Source of the DNA: a virus
Virus record (IMG/VR): IMGVR_UViG_3300027788_000006
Coordinates: 23,533-87,532 of that record
Length of the DNA stretch: 64,000 nucleotides
Strand: one strand, 5' to 3'
Made by a program: the position numbers and the translations under genes. Below are positions 10,732 to 22,200 of this stretch, one piece after another. A model generated the notes under the pieces. The model was not told the DNA's origin. It did no database searches and saw only the letters and a program-made list of their open reading frames with translations. Numbering within the stretch: position 1 is the first letter of the stretch; the number at the start of each line of letters is the position of its first letter.

Positions 10732-11204
10732 TATCTTTTCTTAAATTTTAAGTAAGCTAAATCATCTTCTTTTAAAAGTTTTATTAACTTATCTTTATTT
10801 CCTTTTATGCCTCTAGTAGCATCAAATCTATATACTGATTTATTCTTTACTTTACATTTACCTTTGTACCAATAGAACTTACAATAAAAAGCATCTGTAT
10901 GGTAAATATGCCACTTAGTTCCTTCTTCTGTTTTTGAATTATAAAGCTCTTTTCCTTCAGCTAATAACTCGTCTTTATATTTATTACTCTCACCCCAATC
11001 AATTCTAGGAGAACGCGGATCTCTTTCTTTTCTTAAAATAGATAAAGAAGATAAATTTTGACCCATGTTAAACTCCTTCCCTTCAAGGATATAGTCCATA
11101 ATCATCATATTGAATTCTGAACATATATCCCTGAATAGGAGTTTGTTTATTTCACCATGTTCTTCAACATAGCTTTTGTACACATCTCTAAGAGTATGAG
11201 ACAT
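10731..11204 (-). CDS. IHF/HU-like protein of the crAss tail module
   Basis: FN..IMDYILEGKEFNMGQNLSSLSI...IDWGES...FYW. Conserved position upstream of the tail tubular gene. Confidence 0.65.
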   Translation of the reverse strand: MSHTLRDVYKSYVEEHGEINKLLFRDICSEFNMMIMDYILEGKEFNMGQNLSSLSILRKERDPRSPRIDWGESNKYKDELLAEGKELYNSKTEEGTKWHIYHTDAFYCKFYWYKGKCKVKNKSVYRFDATRGIKGNKDKLIKLLKEDDLAYLKFKKR

Positions 11205-12223
11205 TAATATTTAGGACCTATTCCTGGATTATAATGTGCAGCATTTCCCTTCTTATTGCTTTTCTTCTTTTTCTTTGGAGTAGAAGCTTTAAGAGTACCT
11301 TTTTGTTTATCAGACTGTTCCTTAGTAGGAGCATTAGGACTCACTGGTATTACCTTCTTCTTCTTATTTATCTTATCTGCTGGATGTGGCGCGCCTCTTT
11401 GAATAGCATCTGGAACACCGTTGCCATCTTGATCATGTTTTGGATGTGGCCCCACATTCTTTTTCTTCTTATTAAGAATTTTTTCTAACTCACCCGGCTC
11501 CTTTTTAGTATTCTTCTTTGGAGTAGTCGTCTTCTTCGTAGTATTCTTAGCTTCGTCGTCTTTAGTCTTAGTATTATATTTCTTACCTTTATAAGTAAAC
11601 ACTTTCTTACCAGCTTTTCTATTTTCGTTAAAAGCTTGTCCAAAAGTTTGCTCTTTTTTAGTAGATTTTTTTACATCAGATTTTGTAACTGTTGATTTAG
11701 TTTCTGATTTTGCAGTATCACCTACAGCTTTATTAAGCTTTGAAACATTAGTTTTTACTTTTTCATTTCTATCAGACTTAGTTTTAGTTCTTTTAGCTAC
11801 TCTGTCTGCTTTTTGCTTAGCTAGTAAAGTTTTCCTAGAGTCACGTCTTTCACCTCTTTCTTCCTTTCGGAATGCTCTTACTGTTTGACGTTTAGTTTTT
11901 CTATTCTCTCTTTTATCAGCTCTGCTCATAGAAACATCTTCACCAGCATCGTTTACTTTATCTTGACGTTTATTCTTCTCGCCTTTTTTATAAGCTTTTA
12001 CTGCAGAATTAGTTTTCTTTCTATCAGCTCTTCTAGATTTTCTACCTTCTTTTCTTTCATCTCTAGCTTCTTTAGAGAAACGTCCGCCAAGTAGAAACTT
12101 ATTTTCATCATCTGCCATATCATCAAGAGACGCAGTTGACGGAGGTAATAAAAAATCCTCCTCGAAATTTGATAATCCTCTTGGATTATTAATTCCTCCA
12201 TTTTGTTTTTTGTTTTTTTTCAT
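11204..12223 (-). CDS. Highly basic Lys/Arg-rich protein, putative internal DNA-associated virion protein
   Basis: Very K/R-rich low-complexity sequence with a small FGQAFNENRKAGKKVFTYKGKKYNT module and DQDGNGVPD. Confidence 0.5.
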   Translation of the reverse strand: MKKNKKQNGGINNPRGLSNFEEDFLLPPSTASLDDMADDENKFLLGGRFSKEARDERKEGRKSRRADRKKTNSAVKAYKKGEKNKRQDKVNDAGEDVSMSRADKRENRKTKRQTVRAFRKEERGERRDSRKTLLAKQKADRVAKRTKTKSDRNEKVKTNVSKLNKAVGDTAKSETKSTVTKSDVKKSTKKEQTFGQAFNENRKAGKKVFTYKGKKYNTKTKDDEAKNTTKKTTTPKKNTKKEPGELEKILNKKKKNVGPHPKHDQDGNGVPDAIQRGAPHPADKINKKKKVIPVSPNAPTKEQSDKQKGTLKASTPKKKKKSNKKGNAAHYNPGIGPKY

Positions 12224-12244
12224 TATAATCTTAATTTAGTATAG

Positions 12245-12955
12245 TTAACCTTGTTGTTGTGGGGATCCACTTCCCATTCCTGTTTCTGGATCTTGCATAC
12301 GATCATTCACAGTATCGGATACTGTTCCTGATATAATCTTTAGTTCTCCACCAAGTATGCCCTGATTAATTCTTTGTATCATATCCATAGGTATAGGAAA
12401 ATCTGCTTTTGCATCACCTTCATAACAACCAGTACCAGCACAATCTCCAAACCTAGCTATGTCTCTAGGGTTTTCAAACACCCCTCTTATATTTACAGTC
12501 TCTAATCCTTGTGCATTATATATATATAAATGCTCATCAATCATAAAGGATTTAATATTATTTTTAGTATACTTATCATACTGAAGCCACTTAACCATGT
12601 TAGAATTAACTAACGGAAATGTGTCTAATCCTGATACACTTCCTACATATGTAAGAGCTTCTGAGAAATTAAACCTAACTGTTTTTGGTATAGGTAATAC
12701 GGTTTTATATACTGGGCACTCTAACTCTATATTACAGCAGCGACTTCCATCTACTTTAGTTACTGCTACGCACCCTAAATCTTGTTCTATATGTCTACTT
12801 GAAAATCCATTCTTTGCGTAATCTCGTCTAATAAACATTGCTCTGTAGTGCAATATATTAAACTTTAATTGTTCTAATGATATGGACTCATCATGGTTGG
12901 ATTTACCACCACGTACAAGGTTCAACAGGTTATATGCTATTTCGTTTAATGTCAT
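12245..12955 (-). CDS. Tail ring/adaptor protein (crAss-like conserved structural protein)
   Basis: MTLNEIAYNLL...HYRAMFIRRD...QDLGC...IRGVFENP...FPIPMDM pattern typical of crAss ring proteins. Confidence 0.65.
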   Translation of the reverse strand: MTLNEIAYNLLNLVRGGKSNHDESISLEQLKFNILHYRAMFIRRDYAKNGFSSRHIEQDLGCVAVTKVDGSRCCNIELECPVYKTVLPIPKTVRFNFSEALTYVGSVSGLDTFPLVNSNMVKWLQYDKYTKNNIKSFMIDEHLYIYNAQGLETVNIRGVFENPRDIARFGDCAGTGCYEGDAKADFPIPMDMIQRINQGILGGELKIISGTVSDTVNDRMQDPETGMGSGSPQQQG

Positions 12956-13522
12956 TTAATATTTATATAATGTTCTACTTAATCCTATGTTGTGTGTCTT
13001 GTCTATTAGTCCGTATCTATAGTAATAAGAGTTACCTTTTCTATTTGTCCAACCTACTATAGGTGAAACATTGAACGTGTTACTACTTCCTCCTAACTCT
13101 CCTCCTGCCCAAAACCTTATATAAGGTCTTCTATCTATTAACTTTACAGTGTCTATAGTATGTATATACTTAGGGAATTTAGCTGTATAATCAAATGTTT
13201 GTTCAACTAAAACTCCATCTACATAACTACTTATTACTCCTTTGATGAGTTCATCTTCCACTTCATTTTTAAATAACCCAAGAGTATCATTATCAATAAA
13301 AACAGTATCAATAGAAATATTGGTAGTGCTAAGATAAATAGTATCCAAAACATATATACTGTCAACAGTCCTAGTAAATACGGTATCAATACCTGTGCTG
13401 CTTTTAACGCTCGTCTCATTTTGTTTATCATTACACTCTTGTAAAAATATTATATAACAAATTAAAACTATGATTGTCAATGTTTTAACTTGCAATTTCT
13501 TTAGTACATTTAATATAGCCAT
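12956..13522 (-). CDS. Membrane-anchored lysis-cassette protein (spanin-like)
   Basis: N-terminal TM segment followed by a Cys, DTV/DTI repeats and C-terminal amphipathic beta strands. Overlaps the endolysin gene. Confidence 0.5.
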   Translation of the reverse strand: MAILNVLKKLQVKTLTIIVLICYIIFLQECNDKQNETSVKSSTGIDTVFTRTVDSIYVLDTIYLSTTNISIDTVFIDNDTLGLFKNEVEDELIKGVISSYVDGVLVEQTFDYTAKFPKYIHTIDTVKLIDRRPYIRFWAGGELGGSSNTFNVSPIVGWTNRKGNSYYYRYGLIDKTHNIGLSRTLYKY

Positions 13523-13869
13523 GCTACACTTTGATCCTTGTCTTTATCTAAATCTACATGAATAAATGTTTTTCCTATTCCTATTCTTGTAAATCCTGCT
13601 GCTATAAAAGCTGCTATCATTATAAATCTTTCTCTAGACTTAGTGCAATGAACATCAGCTGCTAATCCATACATATGTGAAGAAGTTGATACTCCCCCTA
13701 CATTAGCATTATGTTCTATCGTTCTATAGCCACTATTAATTTTAAAAGGAATACCCGCTATATCTCTAGCCTCATCAAGGGCTATAAGAAATTCTTCAGA
13801 CATAAATTTACCAGACTCTGGGGAGTCAGGACTATCAAATTCATCTAAGGTAAAGTATTCTAATTTCAT
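13510..13869 (-). CDS. Peptidase M15 (Zn D-Ala-D-Ala peptidase family), likely endolysin
   Basis: INSGYR...HNANVGG..SSHMYGLAAD...FIHVD motifs. Confidence 0.88.
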   Translation of the reverse strand: MKLEYFTLDEFDSPDSPESGKFMSEEFLIALDEARDIAGIPFKINSGYRTIEHNANVGGVSTSSHMYGLAADVHCTKSRERFIMIAAFIAAGFTRIGIGKTFIHVDLDKDKDQSVAWLY

Positions 13870-13873
13870 ATTA

Positions 13874-14071
13874 TTATCTTTTATTTTTTAACTTTATAAA
13901 TTTATATACTGTAAAAGCTATTGCTAAACTGGTAGAAATAAATAAAAGAGCTTCATTGCATTGCCCTAAACTTAATCCTATCACACTGCCGTTGGCAATT
14001 AAAACTTCTGTTGTATCTTTCATATCACTATTCATTGTGTTTATTTTTAACTTCTTTTTATTAACTTTCAT
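13874..14071 (-). CDS. Small hydrophobic protein, holin candidate
   Basis: TM segment ALLFISTSLAIAFTVY with a basic C-terminus, immediately upstream of the endolysin. Confidence 0.5.
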   Translation of the reverse strand: MKVNKKKLKINTMNSDMKDTTEVLIANGSVIGLSLGQCNEALLFISTSLAIAFTVYKFIKLKNKR

Positions 14072-15161
14072 TTGGTATTGTTGCAGCTGTAGGGCTTTCG
14101 TTAGCAGTTAACTGAAAACCCCCTACTAGAGTGGCATTATGAGTATTAGGTGTCACTTCTAAATCAGACGCTCCATATACAGGGGGTGCGTATGTATTCT
14201 CTAAATCAGGATCTAGAACTTGATAACAAATATCTCTACAGCCCTCACAATTTACGAACAGTTCAGAATCTGGTTCTATTATTATTACTGTACCATCAGG
14301 ACCTCCTGCTGGATCAGTAATTGGATTTGGAGCTGGAACACTTGCTCTCCTACATTCATATGTATAACCTGGAGTTCCATCTACCGCAGCAGTTATTGTT
14401 AATAAAGAAGAGCATGGTATCCAAAGTTTACAAGCTTCCGCAGCTTCTATAGGATAAATTCCTCCTACTCCTGATATTGTAGGGTTTACAGAATAGTTAG
14501 ATGTAGGTTGTAATGCATAGATATGTCGTACTTGATCTGAATTTAATCTGAAGTTCTTCCAAAGAGTTAAGTCAGCCATCCAACCATATAAGTCGAATGA
14601 AGTATCTGATAATAAAAATCCCCAAGTTAAATGAGAAGTTTCATTATTCATACCAGTATAAGAACCACCACCAGAATCCTGTAGGATTTGTTTTACACCG
14701 TTTACATATATACTCATACCATTCTTTACATAAGAACCATCTGAATTGTCATCTGTTGAATCTCCATTATAAGTAAGTACATAGTGTACCCATCGATTAG
14801 TATAAGTATGAGCACTAAGTGTGCTTACTCTTTTGTAATTACCATTAGTGTTAGTACATATATCAAAATACATCTTACCACTAAGCATAAAAGCTCTATA
14901 TTCATGAAAGCCCGACGCAGCACTCGCTTTACTTACAAACCCATAGTTCTGAGTTGATCCACTTGCTTTTACCCATCCAGCTATAGTAAAAGGTAGATCG
15001 AGGCCTGCACCAGCTCCTGTTGTCATTGAAAAATCATCCTCATCTCCACAATCTAAAAAATCATCAGACCCATCTAATCTAATTGAAGCCTGAGTACGTG
15101 GTACGTAGTTACGATTCCAAGTTTGATTTTTAGTCATGTTTATAGAAGCTCCTATTTGCAT
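14061..15161 (-). CDS. LamG/concanavalin A-like domain protein (tail fibre/receptor-binding candidate)
   Basis: LDGSDDF, FTIAGWVK, WVHYVLTYNG, IYVNG, GWMADLTLW...L...QVRHIY pattern. Confidence 0.8.
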   Translation of the reverse strand: MQIGASINMTKNQTWNRNYVPRTQASIRLDGSDDFLDCGDEDDFSMTTGAGAGLDLPFTIAGWVKASGSTQNYGFVSKASAASGFHEYRAFMLSGKMYFDICTNTNGNYKRVSTLSAHTYTNRWVHYVLTYNGDSTDDNSDGSYVKNGMSIYVNGVKQILQDSGGGSYTGMNNETSHLTWGFLLSDTSFDLYGWMADLTLWKNFRLNSDQVRHIYALQPTSNYSVNPTISGVGGIYPIEAAEACKLWIPCSSLLTITAAVDGTPGYTYECRRASVPAPNPITDPAGGPDGTVIIIEPDSELFVNCEGCRDICYQVLDPDLENTYAPPVYGASDLEVTPNTHNATLVGGFQLTANESPTAATIPNES

Positions 15162-15499
15162 TACGCTTGTACTGTTATAGTTACGTTAGGTTTTGCGTAT
15201 GCAAGAATTACTCCTGATTGTAGTACTATACTTTCTATATTACTGTGTATAGTCATACCCGCTGGGATAACCAAGGATCCTGTGATTGCTCTAAGAGCAC
15301 CTGCAGAAGGATCTTTTTCCTTTATTCCTATAGAACAGTTAGTTGCATCTATTCTAGAGTCTTGTAAAGCCATCATACAGTAGAACGGACCTGTAAATAA
15401 TTTATCCGCCTCGTCTATTAAAATTGTTTGTCCTGGATGAACTGTGTCATTAACTCCAGAACTTATACTTCTTAGTAACACTTCATTATTTGTTGCCAT
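15161..15499 (-). CDS. Small beta-rich structural protein
   Basis: 112 aa. IPAGMTI...SIVLQSGVILAY C-terminal motif. Coupled to its neighbours. Confidence 0.5.
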   Translation of the reverse strand: MATNNEVLLRSISSGVNDTVHPGQTILIDEADKLFTGPFYCMMALQDSRIDATNCSIGIKEKDPSAGALRAITGSLVIPAGMTIHSNIESIVLQSGVILAYAKPNVTITVQA

Positions 15500-15912
15500 T
15501 ATTCTATTATTTTTTCTAAATTCATAATTTGCTGAGGAGTAATATCCTCTGGTAAAATATCTGCAGATAAAGAGTAAAGTTCAACTTCTAAAACTTCTTT
15601 CATTTTAGCACTCATCAAATCTACTTGTTTCTTTCTTTCTGTTACTAATTCTGGATTCCCTTCTTCTAATTTGTTTATTTGTTCTGCAGAATCTTCTTCA
15701 TTCTTTTCAGCTATAGCTTGTACTTTACCAGCTAATTCCATAAACTCTTCTGAAGGTCTCCCTAATTTTTCTAAAGGATCTAAAGCTTCTTTTAGAATGT
15801 TTAAATTTTTACCTACAGGTAGACTAAAGTCTTTACCTGATAAATCTTTAACGGCGAATAGCCCATTAATAAGATCTAGTAGTTCCCCATTTGTTGCCTT
15901 AATTTTTGTCAT
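15499..15912 (-). CDS. Hypothetical helical protein (possible tail-fibre chaperone)
   Basis: 137 aa, acidic and helical, in the tail fibre region. Confidence 0.45.
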   Translation of the reverse strand: MTKIKATNGELLDLINGLFAVKDLSGKDFSLPVGKNLNILKEALDPLEKLGRPSEEFMELAGKVQAIAEKNEEDSAEQINKLEEGNPELVTERKKQVDLMSAKMKEVLEVELYSLSADILPEDITPQQIMNLEKIIE

Positions 15913-15928
15913 TTTCTATATATATTAG

Positions 15929-16228
15929 TTATTCTGTAAATACGTAACGATCACTTCCGTGGCCGCAAGCATCACAATGCTTGTTTGCAAAGTTAATAAA
16001 ATTATCTATAAGATGAGACTTTTGACCACTTATATTTCCGTCACAGTCTGGAAGACAAGATAGTCCATCTTTTGGAAGTAAATAACTTATAAATTTTAAA
16101 GTCCATAAATAGTCTGTAGAACAATTATCTAACGTACCAATTTTAATTTTCTGCAATACTTTATCTCCCTTCTCTGCGATACAGATAGTTAAGTTTTTTA
16201 TTACGTTTGGGTGTACTTCGAATGACAT
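15929..16228 (-). CDS. Small Cys-containing hypothetical protein
   Basis: 99 aa with CLPDC and HCDACGH. Directly downstream of the giant protein. Confidence 0.55.
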   Translation of the reverse strand: MSFEVHPNVIKNLTICIAEKGDKVLQKIKIGTLDNCSTDYLWTLKFISYLLPKDGLSCLPDCDGNISGQKSHLIDNFINFANKHCDACGHGSDRYVFTE

Positions 16229-16244
16229 ATTTTTTATTTTTAAG

Positions 16245-19200
16245 TTAAAGAGATTGAGGAGTTAGACAACAAAATGGATCTGACAGACACGCTGCTTGTG
16301 ATGTATTAGGTCCCTCAACTGCAACCTCTGAGCAGTTACAGCTACCTGTACAACAAGCGATTATATTAATTGTATCAGAATTTTCACTAGGAGATCCAAG
16401 AGCTCCTGAAATAATATTTGCAGTAGACGGAGTATTTGAAACTGTACTACTTTCTATACTTACATTATAACCAGTTGCTGGATGACATCCATCAGAATTT
16501 GCAGGTAATATAAGACTTCCTGTTGGAACTCCAGCTAAGATAGCAGCATCTATATAAGTTTTCCAAGTATTAAAGAATTGTCCTGGCATTCCTACATGTG
16601 TAATACTAGTTATCTTCTTTTTAACAAAGCCATTTAAACAACATCCAGCAGGATAAGCCCCACAAGGTTGTGCAGATTGGTAGTAATAATCATTGAAATT
16701 TGCAGTGATACCGTGTATAAGTACTAAAGCAGTTAATGCCATATCCTGATTAGGGAATGTAGTCCAAGGATCTAACTCAGTTGAGTCATAAGTATTTGTA
16801 GACAATAGAATACCTTCAGATATAAGTAACGTTACTGCGGTTCCAGTACAACTGTTTGTAGACGTATTTGCTTGTGGGATACAATCCCAATACTCTGCAT
16901 CACAATAAATACAAGAGCCATCATCGATAGTTGCTCCTGAACTATAATTTGAAGCTCCTGGATCAGTACAACCTTCTATGGCATATAGACAACTTCCATC
17001 ATCACATGTTGCGGCAATATTATAATTTGAAGCTAGTGGATCTATACAGCCGTATATACAATATATACATGACCCATCATCTAACACAGCTAGGGGATCA
17101 TAATTTTGAGCAGTAACATCTGTACATCCACATAGAGGCATAGTTGTTATAATAATAGGAGACATAACTACAGTTCCTGCAGTACCACAAGATGGAGTAG
17201 TTGTTTCCGTATATGTGAATCTCCATTGACTGTTAGTAGTAACTAACTGTGTATGAAGAAGTGTGTTAAAACCGTTAGAGGTACCTGTTATAGAAGCTAC
17301 TATAGTAGTCCAAGTTGCTCCATTGTCTAAAGATTGCTCTAAATATCCAGTGATAGACTGTCCAGGATTACATGTCATATTCCATACAATACTAGAAGGT
17401 ACTCCACATAGACTAGAAACAACTGTTGTAGCAGTTACCGCGCAAGCACAGAACCCAGGAACTATACATAAAGTAGGATCACTTATTACATATTGTGCTG
17501 GTATAAGTGTAGTATTAAATGCAGCAGGGTCATCACAAGCAGGAGTTTGTATATCAAAAGTGAATGTGTTATCACATACTTGAGCAACACTCCAAACTGG
17601 AAGAGAAATAGTACTTATAACTATAGAATAACTTCCATAAGAAAGACCTACAGCAGAAAAGATTACTCCCGGCGCAGAAGAAGACGGACCACTCATTACT
17701 ATATTACCCGTTGAATCAAATATAGTTATATATAATACCGCAGGTAATTGTACGTTAGGATTTATTCCCATAGTTAAAATAGCTGATCCTGTAAATGATC
17801 CTGTTGGATCTTCTATAGTAGTAGCTAATGAAGCTTGGAACCAATTCGTGGCAGTGTTTACTGAAGCAGCATCTATAACAAAAGCTTGCCCTGTACCCGA
17901 TAAAGCTGGTCCCATCGCTGTAGTAAACCCACTACAGTATAAACAACTACCATCATCATTATTAGCGGTAGGATCATAATTTAAAGCTGTGGCAGATGTA
18001 CACCCATTTAGAGGTGTTATACATCCTGCAGGACATGTTGCTAAAGGATCAAAATTTGTTGATCCAGCTCCAGACGCTGCGGTACCAGTTTGAGTTAAAC
18101 ATGTTATAGCACCAGGGTTTGCTACAGAGTCAGTTTCCCATATAGTACCACAATCCATACATCCACTTACGCACAAATCAACACAACAATCATTATCTAA
18201 TAATGGGTCTAGAGGTCCTGTATTTCCTTGAGCCGGATCACTACTATTGCAATCACATGTAGCTAAAGAATTATATTGAACAAATGCAGGGTTAGTACAT
18301 CCATAAACACAATAATTACAACTACCATCATCTACACTTGCATAAGTAACATAATTATTTGCAGCTGGATCAGTACATCCTTCATATATACAGGAACCGT
18401 CATCTGACGTTGCAGTAGGATTAGGATTAATTGGTAATATCCCTGGGTATGTAACTGTAGTAAGTATTGTAGCATAATCGTTTGGAGATTGAGAATTTAT
18501 ACCATTATAAGGTTCTAGACCATCCCAATAGTTTTGTGTTAATGCTCCAGTATCCATACATCCTGTTAAAGTATATTGACAACATCCATCACTTATAGTT
18601 GCTAAAACTGGTAACGTAGCACAGTTCTCATTATAATTATCTGCTGACGGATCTGTACAACCAGGTACTAATAGACAAGAAGTACAATCTAATTCAAGAG
18701 GTATAGTTGGAGAAGCATCTATTAACTCACTGGTAGCATTTCCTGCAGGTGCTACATTATAACCATTAAACTTAAAGCAATCTCCATTACTTAATTTTAT
18801 TACTGTTGCTCCTATAATAGGACCCCAAGTTAAATTTGCAGCAGGATAACCAGGCATTTGTATGGCCCCACTCTGATTAGTTCCTACCCAAGTTATAGTA
18901 TTTGCTGAAGTAACAGCTACTCCTACATCTACTATATTATATAAATCTGTGGTACCACATTTTTCCCATTCCATATACAAAGGAGGAGCAGAAGCACAAA
19001 GCGTACAGTCTGCATATACATCTGCAGGTCCTACTAAAGTATGATTATTACCTAACTCATATTCTCCTAACATAGTAGTATAACCATGATGAGTTGCAGC
19101 ATTATAAGGCGAGGGTCCCATATATTCAATACAGTATGATCCAACACCACTTGTATGTCTTATATTAAGGACATCTCCAATAACTATAGGAGCTCCATTT

Positions 19201-22200
19201 TGAGCTACTACGTAATTATAGAATATTCCATTATTTAAAGCAGTATTTGCTAACGGGTATACAGAAGTAGGATCTCCTATCATATTAACAATATCCTCTG
19301 CACAATCTGCCCACACTATAGCGGGAACCCAAGAAGAAGGGCACACACACATTTTCCATTCATGAAAAACAGCTGAGCAATCTATACAATTAAAATAAAA
19401 CGGTAGTAGTAAGAAATTAGCGGAAGAGTAATTTATAATAGTTCCAAGAGTATTAGTTACAGATATTCCTACATACTCATAACAATCATTAAGATATTGA
19501 ATGGTATTACCTGGTGAAGGACTACCTACAGCTATATAATAATCATTACTCTCACTACCTGCTCCAGTAGCTCCCATTTCAACGAATGTATATTCTACTA
19601 AAGTGTTACAATCTCTCCATGTATGTATAGGGTTACCCGGAGTACAAGGTCCCGGACATACAGCACATTGATCAACATTTGAATTAAGGTATCCACCTAT
19701 CGTTGGATATGACATAATATTTCCTGCTGTTGGTATTGTTGTTGATGTAGTACAATCATATACTGCACTAGCATCATAACCATTTACGTCTGGGTATAAA
19801 CCTGGAGTTAGATCAGTACATCCAAGAGGCCCTGTAGGAGTATATGTATATTGTAGTTCAATTGTACAAGTAGAACCTGCATATGTTATAACTGCTTCTG
19901 CTTTATATATCTCTGAGCCTGGTGTAGTATGTAAATTAGCAAATGGTAATATTTCATTAATAGATGTGTTTGCGCTTACTACAGTTGCAGTAGTTAATAA
20001 AACCCAAGCAGTACCTGCAGTATCCCACATATACCAGTTGATAACATGACTTACTGTTATTGGACTACAAGTTGCTGTAAACAATAAATCTGGGGTACAA
20101 GTATTAACTGTAGTAGACGAAGGATCTAAACCTATAGTATCTGGAGTACAACATGAAGATGATATACAAGTTCCGTCATCACAAATAGCTAAAGGATCAT
20201 AATTTGTTGCTGTAGGGTCAGTACAACCACAAGGGTTAAAAGTTAAAGTATCTGTAGCGGATATTAATTGACATGTTGCTCCTCCTACATAAGTTATATC
20301 AAACACTACTCTATAATCTCCAGTACCATATGTACCAAAAGTATTTGTAGTACAACTGTAATTATATGTATTTGATACTCCTGCTGTAGCATTTGCTGCG
20401 GCAGTAGTAGTCTCTGTAAGTACATCTGAAATTTGCCATGTTGTTCCATCCCAGAATTGTAAAGTAGATACTATTGTTTCCGCATACTCGGATACTGCAC
20501 AAGTTAATGTAGAAAGGTATTCTAAAGTACATCCTCCTGGATTATTATTAGCCGTAGCTGTAAATGTAGGAAGACTACAACAAGGATAAGTACATGACCC
20601 ATCGTCACATGTTGCAGCTGCATTATAGTTAGTTGCATTTGCATCAGTACAACCACATATATAAGTTGGCGTCGTAATTACACTCGTTGTACAAGTATCA
20701 GTTGTTCCATTAGTAAACGTAACAGTTACCGTTGCATCATACGTGGTATTCATTGCATAGGCAACAACAGGGGTTCCACATGCGTCAACACCATTTGATG
20801 TAGCTGCTAATGAAGTCATTGAGGAACTACCTGACGCCATTGTGGTATTTGTTGTAGCATCTTCAATAACCCATGCCCAACTAGCTACAATGTTAGAACT
20901 GCTGTCTGAAGCTGTTAATACAAGATCGTCTATACATCCTGCAGACGTTATATTAAGTGCTAAAGCACATGTTATAGCACCTGAATAAATACACGTATCT
21001 GGGCACGTAGCTGTAGCATCATAATTAATGGCAGCAGCATCCATACATCCACATATTCGTCTAACATATGTTACTGTATTTGATTGTATAGTTTCTGTAT
21101 GACCATTTGCATATGTTATAACATATTGAATGGCATAATCTCCGTTAAGAGGGAAGAAGAATGTGCTACAATCTTCTATAAAAGTTAATCCATATGTATC
21201 AGTACCAGTTGATGATAAAGGTAATGGTAAAGCAATTAAAGTAGCAGCTCCTGCAGGGTCTGATATTATTTGGAAAGTAGCTGATGCTGTATCCGCTAAA
21301 GCAGATGCATTAGTATCAGATGTACTTAAAATAATTGTATTATTACAACCCGTTACTGTTTGACTTATAAGAGCTGTAGTTACTGGGTATACACAGCAAT
21401 CATTTGCAGACCCTGAATTACAAGTACATATATTTGTAACATCATAATTAAATGCGTAAGTACTATTGTCTGTACAACCTGTAACACAACAGGCAGTAAT
21501 AGTTGATGTAGCTGTACCAGTACATCCAGAAGCATCTATAACTACACAATTATAATCTCCAGGAACTAGTCCAGTAAGATTTTGATTCGTAGTTTGTGCT
21601 CCAGGAACGACACCACCACTAGCAGCAGTCCAAGCATAAGTATATGGAGGGGTTCCAGGAGCTACAGTTTGAGTAATAGTTCCATTATCTATAGGTAAAT
21701 TATTAGCACAAGTATTAGTTTGCCCTAGAGTTACACTAGTTGGAGGAGCTGGGAATGTTAGTGTATCTGTATACACACATCCAGTTATATTTTCTGTCCA
21801 AGTACATGTAACAGACCCTCCCCCTGTAGGTATTATTATACTTCCAAGATTAGATGAAACTGCCCCATTTAAACTTCCTGTCCAAGCATAAACACCTAGA
21901 CAACCTCCACAGTTTAATACTGTAGCAATTAATATAGTCCCTAAGCCACAAGCCGAAGCAACAGCTGCTACTGTCAGAGTTGCACTACAGAAATCGCAAC
22001 AAATATCACATGTGGGAACTACTGTTAATCCTGTTGCACAATCCTCATTAAAGTTATCTGCTGTTGCGTCCATGCAACCACAAACCATATTAGCATTCAA
22101 AGGTACGGTCATAGGAGGACCATAAACAGTACCAGTAACTCCATTTGGAAGTGTGTAGTTAAGAGCAGATGTATAAACTTGACCAGGTATAAGATTCCAA

